The notes below the pieces were generated by a model. It had not been told where the DNA came from and did not search any database. It was given only the letters and a program-made list of their open reading frames with translations. Below, piece by piece: positions 9,300-17,667 of a stretch of DNA of 44,584 bases (the stretch's first letter is position 1; the number at the start of each line of letters is the position of its first letter). Source of the stretch: a virus; the IMG/VR virus record IMGVR_UViG_3300002307_000022, positions 1 through 44,584 of that record. The stretch is one strand, 5' to 3'. The position numbers were made by a program, and so were the translations under genes.

Positions 9300-9783
9300 T
9301 GTAGTTTTCTTTGTCGGTGACGAAGTAGAGAAAACTCCAGCGTTTGGTAGGAAAACTCTTTTTGTAGTAGGATTACAGCCTGTAGAAGATATAGTTGCAA
9401 TGGCTACACGTAGGCGTTGTGATCATATCTATATTGGTGCTAATCAGAGTTTTGCATTCAATATTGAAACTATTGGATCCTGGGAAACAATGATTTGCGA
9501 ATTGTTAAAATTAGATTTCTGGGTTACTTGGGATTTTGATATCGTAGACTATCAAAGCATCTGTGATTCACTAGTGTTTACTTGTGAGTATGATAGATTC
9601 ATTCCACAGATATCTGTTAAACTTCCATACATATCAAATCTAAATTATAATGCTACTATAAAGATTGATGATAGAGATTTCCGTTCTACTAATCCTGGAG
9701 TATGGGTACACACACTACACAATCTAATGGACCGAAAAGTATTCACTGATTGGTCTGAATATACAAACGACAGCATCATCTAA
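9265..9783 (+). CDS. hypothetical alpha/beta protein in the deazaguanine cluster
   Basis: Motifs FFVGDEVEKTPAFGRKTLFVVG, HIYIGANQSF, KIDDRDFRSTNPGVW; AGGA SD. Confidence 0.8.
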   Translation: MERPYSTGTKDNVVFFVGDEVEKTPAFGRKTLFVVGLQPVEDIVAMATRRRCDHIYIGANQSFAFNIETIGSWETMICELLKLDFWVTWDFDIVDYQSICDSLVFTCEYDRFIPQISVKLPYISNLNYNATIKIDDRDFRSTNPGVWVHTLHNLMDRKVFTDWSEYTNDSII

Positions 9784-9795
9784 GGAGAAGATTAA

Positions 9796-10110
9796 ATGTC
9801 AGAAGATACAAGCGAAACTATCTATATCGGTTGCCAGTGTCATTCACCATATCACATAATGCGAGTTTCGCTTTATGACTGGATGGCAGATGATGCTCCG
9901 GAGTTGTTTTTTGAGCTGCAAGCAGATCGCCATTTGGGATTCTGGGCTCGTTTAAAAGCAGCAACGCTATACCTATTTGGAGGCGAAAACTTAGGGTGGC
10001 ACGATGTTATCCCCAACCACGACGAGATTATTAATCTCAAAAGAGTGATTGACAAGTATACCGAGGCTCATATATTATATAATAAGAAGGAAGATGAAAT
10101 AAATGGCTAA
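9796..10110 (+). CDS. hypothetical protein with CxCxxxxH motif
   Basis: SD AAGGAG; CQCHSPYH. Confidence 0.7.
   Translation: MSEDTSETIYIGCQCHSPYHIMRVSLYDWMADDAPELFFELQADRHLGFWARLKAATLYLFGGENLGWHDVIPNHDEIINLKRVIDKYTEAHILYNKKEDEING
10049..10078 (+). promoter_or_regulatory. possible sigma70-type promoter
   Basis: TTGACA followed 16-18 nt later by TATATT/TATTAT, upstream of 10103. Confidence 0.4.
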
Positions 10111-10303
10111 GAAAGCAACCGCAGCTGTAATGGAAGGGTTAACAGAAGTTAACCCTAAAGAACAAAAGATTGTAGACGGAGTAACTGTTGGAAAGACAGA
10201 ACAAACTGATACACAGCGTATGATTGAATTGCTAGAAGCTATTGATTGGAAGCTTTGGACTATCTATAAGAAATATGTAGAACAAGAGGAAGAGCATCAA
10301 TGA
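10103..10303 (+). CDS. hypothetical protein
   Basis: Coupled to both neighbours; LEAIDWKLW motif. Confidence 0.7.
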   Translation: MAKKATAAVMEGLTEVNPKEQKIVDGVTVGKTEQTDTQRMIELLEAIDWKLWTIYKKYVEQEEEHQ

Positions 10304-10692
10304 TAATCAAGCAGGACATACGACCAAAGAAAATGATCTGGGTTACCTTTACTCAGGAAGGCGTACATCGTTATCCAGCAGCAGCAACAGATCCTAAACT
10401 AGCAACAGGCAGTTGGGATGATGTTAGTTTCTTAGCTAGTCCGCATCGTCATATCTTCCACTTTAAGGTTTATCTCGAAGTGTTCCATGATGATCGAGAT
10501 GTTGAGTTTATCCAATTCAAGCGTTGGATGCAACGCCTCTACAGTGTAGATCAAGTTCTAAATCTCGATTACAAGAGCTGCGAAATGATCGCAGAGGAAC
10601 TATATAACGTAATCATTACAAACTATCCAGATAGAGAAATTTGGATTGATGTCAGTGAAGATGGCGAAAACGGCACCTTTATTAAATTTTAA
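10300..10692 (+). CDS. dpdL: QueD-like T-fold protein, DpdL-type (putative CDG decarboxylase)
   Basis: LASPHRHIF fits LxxxHRHxF instead of the QueD CxxxHGH; N-terminal His (EGVH), SCEMIA, VSEDGENG. The DpdL signature is recalled from the literature, not searched. Confidence 0.7.
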   Translation: MIIKQDIRPKKMIWVTFTQEGVHRYPAAATDPKLATGSWDDVSFLASPHRHIFHFKVYLEVFHDDRDVEFIQFKRWMQRLYSVDQVLNLDYKSCEMIAEELYNVIITNYPDREIWIDVSEDGENGTFIKF

Positions 10693-10706
10693 CAGGGAAA
10701 ATAAAA

Positions 10707-10919
10707 ATGGCATATAAGTATCCAGAAATTAATAAGATTTTTGACGACCTAGACACATACAGAGAATTCTGTAAGGATTTCGGTCACGTATTTAACGAAG
10801 CTCATCTTTATGACGCACGTACCCCATGGGGGCAGTACAATCGTTATAAGCAAGGGCAGCGTGTAGTTAACAACTGGAAGGAAGACCGACGTGCCTTCAA
10901 CACCGCAAAACGACACTAA
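10707..10919 (+). CDS. hypothetical phage protein
   Basis: KIFDDLDTYREFC..FG.VFNEAHLY motif. Confidence 0.7.
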   Translation: MAYKYPEINKIFDDLDTYREFCKDFGHVFNEAHLYDARTPWGQYNRYKQGQRVVNNWKEDRRAFNTAKRH

Positions 10920-11136
10920 GAGCTGGGCGGTTACTTTAGAACAAGACCCAGAGACGGGAGAATTACTTCTTCCGTTTCCGGTTGATCTATTAAATCAGAT
11001 GGGCTGGAGCGAGGGTACAGATATTTTTTGGGATGTGCAAGATAATGGTTCAATCATCATCAGGGAAAAGAAACCCGACGATACCACAGAACAGCCTGCG
11101 GCGGAGGAGTCTAGCAGAATTGAACGATGTCCTTGA
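10891..11136 (+). CDS. AbrB/MazE/SpoVT-like DNA-binding protein
   Basis: GELLLPFPVDLLNQMGWSEGTDIFWDVQDNGSIIIR swapped-hairpin pattern; GTG start. Confidence 0.7.
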   Translation: MPSTPQNDTKSWAVTLEQDPETGELLLPFPVDLLNQMGWSEGTDIFWDVQDNGSIIIREKKPDDTTEQPAAEESSRIERCP

Positions 11137-11239
11137 CGAGATTGTTGCGCGAAATCCAGTAGAAATGAAACAATTAGAAGATTATATCGAAGAGCAGATT
11201 AGGAAAGCTAACGATGACCGTATATCTAGTAGATCTTGA
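11033..11239 (+). CDS. hypothetical protein (start uncertain)
   Basis: Fills the gap to the glycosyltransferase but overlaps the upstream gene substantially. Confidence 0.35.
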   Translation: MCKIMVQSSSGKRNPTIPQNSLRRRSLAELNDVLDEIVARNPVEMKQLEDYIEEQIRKANDDRISSRS

Positions 11240-12320
11240 AGCAGTTGATACACGTTACACTAAGCAATGGAAAGACTATCTTCCGCAACAGATGCAAGAT
11301 AGTGGGTTAGATGTTGTTGTTATATCCGGTGGAAGTGTTCCACAAGCAACAACGCCTGGAGCATTTTTAAACTTTGCTGGCACTAATAATTACAAAAGCC
11401 AACAGATGCTTAAGATATCAAATCTATTTGCAGGAGGAGATATTAAGGATGGCGATTATTTCCTCTATACCGATGCTTGGAACCCAACCGTTATACAATT
11501 AAAGTATATGGCAGAGCTGCTTGGTATCAAGATCAATATCGGGGGGATGTGGCATGCCGGTAGTTATGATCCTCAAGACTTCCTTGGTCGGTTAATTGGA
11601 GATACTCCCTGGGTGCGCAACGCTGAGTCTAGTATGTTCTATTGCTATAATGATAACTTCTTTGCTACAAGATTCCACGCTAATATGTTTTTACGTAATC
11701 TATTTGATGTTGAAGTATTATTTGGAGATGACGAACTTGATGAATGGGGAACTTCAACTTATCCAAACGAACCTAACATTAAAATCGTTGGGTGGCCCAT
11801 GGAGTATATGAAGGATGTGTTATCTCATTATAATAATGCTAAGAAAGACAAGATTATATTTCCACATCGCTTGGCTCCGGAGAAACAGGTAGAAATCTTC
11901 CGCGATCTTGCAACTAATATGCCCGAGTATGAATGGTTTATCGCGCAGGATCATAAATTAACCAAAGACGAATACCATACACATCTTGCAGAAAGCAAGA
12001 TCGTGTTTAGTGCTAATCTACAAGAAACCCTGGGTATCTCAGTATACGAAGGTGCGCTAGTTGGAACATATCCGCTAATGCCAGATAGACTTTCGTATTC
12101 AGAAATGTGGCCAGATAAGGCACTTTATCCAAGTGAGTGGACTGAGAGTTTTGACAGCTATTCAAAGCATAAGACAGAACTAATGGATATCATCCATCGC
12201 ATAATGAAGAACAATAGTCCAGTCATGCCGATGGCTGCTAAAGAAACAGCGGCAACTGTTGGAACTAAATTTTTTAATGGAAGTGAATTATATAAAGCAA
12301 TAGTTGACTCTACGACCTAA
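11214..12320 (+). CDS. GT-B fold glycosyltransferase (GT4/GT1-like)
   Basis: IIFPHRLAPEKQ and QETLGISVYEGALVG (ExxGxxxxE nucleotide-sugar motif), P.RLSYSEM. Confidence 0.85.
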   Translation: MTVYLVDLEAVDTRYTKQWKDYLPQQMQDSGLDVVVISGGSVPQATTPGAFLNFAGTNNYKSQQMLKISNLFAGGDIKDGDYFLYTDAWNPTVIQLKYMAELLGIKINIGGMWHAGSYDPQDFLGRLIGDTPWVRNAESSMFYCYNDNFFATRFHANMFLRNLFDVEVLFGDDELDEWGTSTYPNEPNIKIVGWPMEYMKDVLSHYNNAKKDKIIFPHRLAPEKQVEIFRDLATNMPEYEWFIAQDHKLTKDEYHTHLAESKIVFSANLQETLGISVYEGALVGTYPLMPDRLSYSEMWPDKALYPSEWTESFDSYSKHKTELMDIIHRIMKNNSPVMPMAAKETAATVGTKFFNGSELYKAIVDSTT

Positions 12321-12332
12321 ATAATCTATAAT
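12304..12332 (+). promoter_or_regulatory. sigma70-type promoter for folE
   Basis: TTGACT-N17-TATAAT; the spacer also holds a late-like CTAAATA. Confidence 0.65.
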
Positions 12333-12373
12333 AAAACTTTAGCAATCCACTGCTTTAACATCGGAGATTAAAA

Positions 12374-13060
12374 TTGAGCATTTCAGAAACTATTCGTAAT
12401 CGTATTAAGTCTAATAACGGTCGGTATTGGGCTGGAGATAATATCTCAGAGTATATTCATTTTGAAGAATTCGACCAATTGATTGATGAAACAACATTAG
12501 CATTTGAAAAGGTATTAGATGCATTAGTGATCGATCGTGAAAATGATCCTAATAGCAAAGGCACAGCAAGGCGTCTTGCTAAAATGTACTTCAATGAAGT
12601 AATGAGTGGTAGATATGCTCCGGCGCCAGACGCTACTGCTTTTCCAAACGACGGGAATGATCGATATGAAGGTATGTTGGTTGTGCGCAGTGAATTGCGC
12701 AGTATGTGTAGTCATCATCATCAGCCTGTTACTGGAGTGGCCTACATCGGCATCATTGCTGCACAGAAGCTCATTGGGCTTAGTAAGTATACTAGGATTG
12801 CTCAATGGTGCGCTCGCCGCGGCACACTACAGGAAGAACTTTGCAATGATATCGCCCGCGAAATCCAAAAGGCAACAGGCAGCGATAACGTAGCAGTCTA
12901 TATCCAAGCACAACACGGGTGTTGCGAAAATCGAGGCATCATGGCAAAGAGTAGCCTTACACAAACTACAGTATTACGTGGTGCATTTTATAACGACCCA
13001 GCTACTAAGAATGAATTTTTTGAAAATGTTAAATTACAACAAGGATTTGCCTGCAGATGA
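12374..13060 (+). CDS. folE: GTP cyclohydrolase I
   Basis: TARRLAKMY, SMCSHH, IGLSKYTRI, QEEL, HGCCENRG; TTG start with GGAG SD. Confidence 0.95.
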   Translation: MSISETIRNRIKSNNGRYWAGDNISEYIHFEEFDQLIDETTLAFEKVLDALVIDRENDPNSKGTARRLAKMYFNEVMSGRYAPAPDATAFPNDGNDRYEGMLVVRSELRSMCSHHHQPVTGVAYIGIIAAQKLIGLSKYTRIAQWCARRGTLQEELCNDIAREIQKATGSDNVAVYIQAQHGCCENRGIMAKSSLTQTTVLRGAFYNDPATKNEFFENVKLQQGFACR

Positions 13061-13515
13061 CGATAACAACAAGTACTGTAACAATTCCACCTCCCGGTGT
13101 CGGCAGTAGCGGTAGCTACCTCGTAACAGGTGCTGGAGGTGGAGGTGGTAGTATGGGATACGGGTATCTTCCAGGTTATGGAGCAACGCCGCCGGGGCCT
13201 GTAACTACAATTACTACAGGAGGAACTGGATATTATTCTACTCCCATAACTACTACTAATAATATTGGTTGGACACAGTCTAATAATTTTAACGCTAATC
13301 TTAAGATCACTGGCAAGAATCCTATCATTACTACAGATAAAAATGAGATCAACCTAGATGAATTAGCAGATATGATGAAGACAATGCGCGAACGTTTACT
13401 CATATTAGTTCCAGATTTTGAAAAGCATGAGAAATATGCCGCCTTAAAAAAGGCATATGATCACTATAAACTCATAGAAGCTATGCTACAAGAGGAGACA
13501 AAGGATGACAAATAA
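13057..13515 (+). CDS. hypothetical protein, Gly/Thr-rich N-terminus and helical C-terminus
   Basis: Coupled by ATGA overlap. Confidence 0.7.
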   Translation: MTITTSTVTIPPPGVGSSGSYLVTGAGGGGGSMGYGYLPGYGATPPGPVTTITTGGTGYYSTPITTTNNIGWTQSNNFNANLKITGKNPIITTDKNEINLDELADMMKTMRERLLILVPDFEKHEKYAALKKAYDHYKLIEAMLQEETKDDK

Positions 13516-14044
13516 ACTATATCTAGAATGGAATCAGGTAGAAAAGACTTGTTATTCTCTTTCGATTGATATTTTGAAAAGCGGGTTTATGCCCGACTAT
13601 ATTGTTGGTATCACTCGCGGTGGACTTACTCCTGCAGTAATGTTAAGTCATATGCTAAATGTTCCAATGCACGCCTTGCACGTCTCTCTTAGAGATGGAG
13701 GGGATAGTGAAAGTAATTGCTGGATGAGTGAAGATGCATTTGGCTATGTTCCAGATGAAAAGCGTGATCTAATCAAAAGTCGATGGGATTCACAGTTCCA
13801 AAAAAATATACTCATAGTAGACGATATTAATGATAGCGGCGACACGATTGCTTGGATTAAGAAAGACTGGCAAAGTACTTGTTTACCAAACGAAGATAGT
13901 TGGAAGAAAGTATGGGGTAATAACGTTAGATTTGCTACCCTAGTAAACAATCTAGCTAGCAATGAAACTGTAGATTATACATTTCTAGAGATTAATAAAG
14001 CAGAGAAAGATGTTTGGATCGTTTTTCCTTGGGAACGTAGTTGA
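13505..14044 (+). CDS. type I phosphoribosyltransferase (xanthine/guanine PRT-like)
   Basis: IVGITRGGL, PRPP loop ILIVDDINDSGDT, WIVFPWE. Confidence 0.92.
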   Translation: MTNKLYLEWNQVEKTCYSLSIDILKSGFMPDYIVGITRGGLTPAVMLSHMLNVPMHALHVSLRDGGDSESNCWMSEDAFGYVPDEKRDLIKSRWDSQFQKNILIVDDINDSGDTIAWIKKDWQSTCLPNEDSWKKVWGNNVRFATLVNNLASNETVDYTFLEINKAEKDVWIVFPWERS

Positions 14045-14069
14045 CAAGTCTTGAAGAACGTAGTATACT
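14041..14069 (+). promoter_or_regulatory. sigma70-type promoter for queE
   Basis: TTGACA-N17-TATACT. Confidence 0.7.
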
Positions 14070-14087
14070 TAATAATAGGAAAATTAA

Positions 14088-14927
14088 ATGTTTGGAAAAA
14101 ATGAGATCGTCGGACAGAAATATTTCAACGATGCTGGTGATAAGCTCTTTATCACCAGTATTTTTTATACACTACAGGGAGAAGGCCCGTATCGTGGAGA
14201 ACCCGCAGTATTTGTTCGTTTGGCTAAGTGCAATTTGGCTTGTAGTTTTTGCGATACTTATTTCGATGGGGGAGACTGGCTAACTTTTGACGAGATTGAT
14301 TTCCGTATCGGAAATGTCTTACGTGAGTATTTTGACGGTTATGTTCCAGAGTGGGCTGAACAGAAGATTGGACTAGTAGTTACTGGCGGCGAACCTATGC
14401 TACAGAAGAATCTTAGCGTATTCCTTGGACGTATGGAAGGTCACTTTGCTTGGACACAGATCGAAAGCAACGGTACCGTATGGCAAGATCTACCGGAACG
14501 TACAACTCTAGTTTGTAGTCCAAAATGTTTAGAAAAGGATGGTAAACCTGTAAAGTATCTCAAGCCTAACACCGATGTATTAGATCGTGCTGATTGTTTA
14601 AAGTTTGTAATGAACGCAAATCAAGATAGTCCATACAGCGAGATCCCGGACTGGGCACACGAATATGCGCTAGCTGGTAAGAAAGTGTTTATTAGCCCAA
14701 TGAACATTTACAATAGAGAACCACAGAAAAGCAAGCAGATCCGCAGTGAGAAGAATAGCATTAGTATAGAAGAGCGTAGTGCTGTTGATGAAGTGATCAG
14801 CTTTTGGGAAGAAGGCCTGCTGGATATGAAGGCTAATCAAATAAATCACGAATACGCAGCACAGTATTGTGCTAAGAATGGATTCATACTGAATCTACAG
14901 ATACATTTATATGCTAGTTTAGCATAA
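14088..14927 (+). CDS. queE: 7-carboxy-7-deazaguanine synthase (radical SAM)
   Basis: IFYTLQGEG, FVRLAKCNLACSFCDT, VTGGEP, IESNG, CSPK, LQIH. Confidence 0.93.
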   Translation: MFGKNEIVGQKYFNDAGDKLFITSIFYTLQGEGPYRGEPAVFVRLAKCNLACSFCDTYFDGGDWLTFDEIDFRIGNVLREYFDGYVPEWAEQKIGLVVTGGEPMLQKNLSVFLGRMEGHFAWTQIESNGTVWQDLPERTTLVCSPKCLEKDGKPVKYLKPNTDVLDRADCLKFVMNANQDSPYSEIPDWAHEYALAGKKVFISPMNIYNREPQKSKQIRSEKNSISIEERSAVDEVISFWEEGLLDMKANQINHEYAAQYCAKNGFILNLQIHLYASLA

Positions 14928-14938
14928 GGAGATAGACA

Positions 14939-15247
14939 ATGGCTTGGAATTTTTTTCCTTTTAAGAAAACTTTGAGTTCTAATGAACCCAAAAAAGAAAT
15001 AACTGAAAAAGAAATAGCAACTATGAAAAAGTTACCTTATATCAAAGTGTTAGATACACAAGTTGATAGAGGAAATCCCAGTAATGGGTTCTTTGAATTA
15101 GATTGGAATGAATTTTTCCTTGACGATTTAAAGAAAGCAGGGTATACTGGTAATACAGACGAAGAGATAGTAGACAAGTGGTTTAAGGCTCTTTGTCAAT
15201 CTATCGCAAGTGAAAATCAACTCGAACAAGAGATCAGGATCGTATGA
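14939..15247 (+). CDS. hypothetical phage protein
   Basis: SD AAGGAG; GFFELDWNE, EEIVDKWF. Confidence 0.75.
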   Translation: MAWNFFPFKKTLSSNEPKKEITEKEIATMKKLPYIKVLDTQVDRGNPSNGFFELDWNEFFLDDLKKAGYTGNTDEEIVDKWFKALCQSIASENQLEQEIRIV

Positions 15248-16209
15248 ACTATATCATCGTAGACACCGCTAATTGTTTTTTCCGTGCTCGCCATGTTGTA
15301 CGTGGTAACGCAGATGAAAAGATTGGTATGGCATTACACGTAACACTCTCGAGCATTAAGAAGGCTTGGCAAGACTTCAAGGGTGATCACGTGGTTTTTT
15401 GTTTAGAAGGACGTAGTTGGCGTAAGGATTACTATGCACCATATAAGCGTAACCGAACAGAGGCCCGAGCAGCTCTTACTGAGAAAGAAGCTGAGGAAGA
15501 TAAGATGTTTTGGGAAACCTTTGACAAGCTCAAGGAGTTTATCAATGAAAAGACTAACTGTACTGTCTTACAAAACCCAAGACTCGAAGCAGATGACCTT
15601 ATCGCAGGATGGATTGAAAGCCATCCCAATGATAGTCACATCATTATTTCTACAGACAGTGATTTTGTCCAGCTTATTGCACCAAATGTTAAGCAATACA
15701 ACGGGGTTATGGAAACAACAACTACGCACGAAGGCATTTTTGACAAGAAGGGCAAACGTGTCATTGACAATAAGACGAAGGAACCAAAAGTTATTCCTAA
15801 CCCTGATTGGCTTCTTTTTGAGAAGTGTATGCGTGGGGATCCTACTGATAATGTGTTTAGTGCGTTTCCTAAAGTAAGAAAGAACAAACTTGAAGAAGCA
15901 TACGAGGATCGTAAGAACAAAGGATTTGCTTGGAACAACATGATGTTGCAGCGTTGGGTAGATCACAATGGTGAAGAACATCGTGTGCTTGATGATTACG
16001 AACGCAATCGGCAATTAATTGATCTCAAGGCACAGCCTGATGATATTAAGGCTATTATCGTAGAAACTATTAAGACAAACAGCATACCAAAGTCTGTAGA
16101 TCAAGTAGGAATGAGATTTTTAAAGTTTTGCGGACTGTTTGACTTAGTTAAAATGGCTGAACAAGCACAATCGTATGCTGAGCCATTAAATGCAAAATAC
16201 CCGGAGTAA
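15244..16209 (+). CDS. rnh: RNase H / 5'-3' exonuclease (T4 rnh/FEN family)
   Basis: IVDTAN, SWRK..Y..YKRNR, EADDLI, STDSDFVQL, GDPTDNV. Confidence 0.93.
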   Translation: MNYIIVDTANCFFRARHVVRGNADEKIGMALHVTLSSIKKAWQDFKGDHVVFCLEGRSWRKDYYAPYKRNRTEARAALTEKEAEEDKMFWETFDKLKEFINEKTNCTVLQNPRLEADDLIAGWIESHPNDSHIIISTDSDFVQLIAPNVKQYNGVMETTTTHEGIFDKKGKRVIDNKTKEPKVIPNPDWLLFEKCMRGDPTDNVFSAFPKVRKNKLEEAYEDRKNKGFAWNNMMLQRWVDHNGEEHRVLDDYERNRQLIDLKAQPDDIKAIIVETIKTNSIPKSVDQVGMRFLKFCGLFDLVKMAEQAQSYAEPLNAKYPE

Positions 16210-16213
16210 GAAA

Positions 16214-16681
16214 ATGGATATGAAAGCTAAACCAGTAATTGATGGAAAATTTTGGATACTAGAGAATAACGGTATCAAGGTTGGAATCTTGCAAAAAGAT
16301 GAAACAGACAAATTTGTTTTGTCTAGCAAGCAAGATGCTAGTGTTTTTAAAGATATCAAGAGCATAGAAAAGCGATTTGGTAAGAACTTTTTTGTTAGTA
16401 CTACTAAAGAAAAGAAGACAGCCCCTAACGAAATATATGGCTTTGCTACTAATTGCGAGCCGCATAACCCAATGTATGATGTAAAGAAAAAACTTCCTCT
16501 GTTTACTAAAAGTGATGCTAGCAAGAGCGTTTATTGTGCTGGCTACTATGCAATCAAGTTTGACAAGGGATGGGTTAAAAGTTTCTGTCCTAAACTAATA
16601 ACAGTGCAGAGATACGAGTCTAGAGGCCCATTTAAGACCGAGATTGAGTTAAAACAGGAAATAGCTAATGTCAACCGATAG
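16214..16681 (+). CDS. hypothetical phage protein
   Basis: SD GGAG favours start 16214. Confidence 0.75.
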   Translation: MDMKAKPVIDGKFWILENNGIKVGILQKDETDKFVLSSKQDASVFKDIKSIEKRFGKNFFVSTTKEKKTAPNEIYGFATNCEPHNPMYDVKKKLPLFTKSDASKSVYCAGYYAIKFDKGWVKSFCPKLITVQRYESRGPFKTEIELKQEIANVNR

Positions 16682-16913
16682 GATATCGATAGCTATATTA
16701 GAGGATTTTGTTAAAAAGGTAAGAACTGCTAGCAGATCTAATCAAAAAAACATTACCATGCCTATTTTTGAAGCAGAAGCACTAGTTTATAACTTAAATC
16801 TTGTAGTTTTGCAGCTTTTGGACAAGAATCAGGTGCAGGATGTTAAGAAAACTGCACAAGATGATACTATTGTAGTGGCGATGGACGGGGGAGGATTCGA
16901 CGATAAGCGATAA
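16668..16913 (+). CDS. hypothetical protein
   Basis: Coupled ORF ending MDGGGF. Confidence 0.7.
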   Translation: MSTDRISIAILEDFVKKVRTASRSNQKNITMPIFEAEALVYNLNLVVLQLLDKNQVQDVKKTAQDDTIVVAMDGGGFDDKR

Positions 16914-16916
16914 ATA
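16910..16916 (+). promoter_or_regulatory. late-like promoter ATAAATA, probably giving a leaderless mRNA
   Basis: 5 nt before ATG 16922; no SD. Confidence 0.55.
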
Positions 16917-16921
16917 TGCTT

Positions 16922-17215
16922 ATGAGTCGACCAAAACCCACTGTGATATTAGAGTATGCTAATAAAAAAACTTATAAAGTAGAGCAGATCCTCGAAGCAG
17001 ATGCCATATGGGCTGTGTTCTTCCAAGAAAAACCTTTCAATCTCAAAAGCAGCAGTTTAGTAAGCAACTATCCAGGACCTAAATATAAAAAGACTAGTTT
17101 CAGTAATCCAGGTCACGCTATCAATCTAGCAAAAAAATTGAATCATCTTTTTAAATCAGAAGATTTCAAAGTTGTCAAACTAACAAGCGGAGAGATAATG
17201 GAATGGCAGACTTAA
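16922..17215 (+). CDS. hypothetical basic phage protein
   Basis: MSRPKP..., PGPKYKKTSFSNPGHA. Confidence 0.8.
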   Translation: MSRPKPTVILEYANKKTYKVEQILEADAIWAVFFQEKPFNLKSSSLVSNYPGPKYKKTSFSNPGHAINLAKKLNHLFKSEDFKVVKLTSGEIMEWQT

Positions 17216-17601
17216 AAAAAACTCTCACTGCTATTTTCTTAAAACAAGCCGATCTTCCGAGTGGCGAAGAAGACGTGAAGAAGATGATGTTTGCTTGGTG
17301 GAAGAATCCCCGAAAGAAATTAGATAGTGGATTTAGTCTCACACAGGAAGGCTACGACTTCCTGTCTAACACGATAAAATTAAAAAGTTACAAAGTACCG
17401 TTGCCCAAAGACTTTGAATGGACTACGCAAGTGATATTGTTTATGGATCAATATCTAGATTGCCCTCACTACTTTACTAAAAAAGAAATCATCCTGTTTA
17501 ATGAAAGGCGGGCGTGTGAGCTATTGCTTTTCTCAGGCGACATAAGAAAATATGGAACTGCTAAAGCTTTGGCAAGGCAGAGACAATTAAATCCTGATTA
17601 A
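17203..17601 (+). CDS. hypothetical phage protein
   Basis: Coupled ORF with GGAG SD. Confidence 0.75.
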   Translation: MADLKKTLTAIFLKQADLPSGEEDVKKMMFAWWKNPRKKLDSGFSLTQEGYDFLSNTIKLKSYKVPLPKDFEWTTQVILFMDQYLDCPHYFTKKEIILFNERRACELLLFSGDIRKYGTAKALARQRQLNPD

Positions 17602-17604
17602 CCG

Positions 17605-17632
17605 TTGACGTACTTGTATATTCTGCTATTAT
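17605..17632 (+). promoter_or_regulatory. sigma70-type promoter with extended -10
   Basis: TTGACG-N13-TGC-TATTAT; same architecture at 18768 and 29815. Confidence 0.7.
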
Positions 17633-17667
17633 GTATATATAGACATTAACGCAGAGGAGCAAACACA

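Noticed and set aside
12333-14087. preQ1 riboswitch ahead of folE or queE
   Set aside because: The leaders lack the preQ1-I stem-loop with A-rich tail, and the queE leader is under 20 nt.
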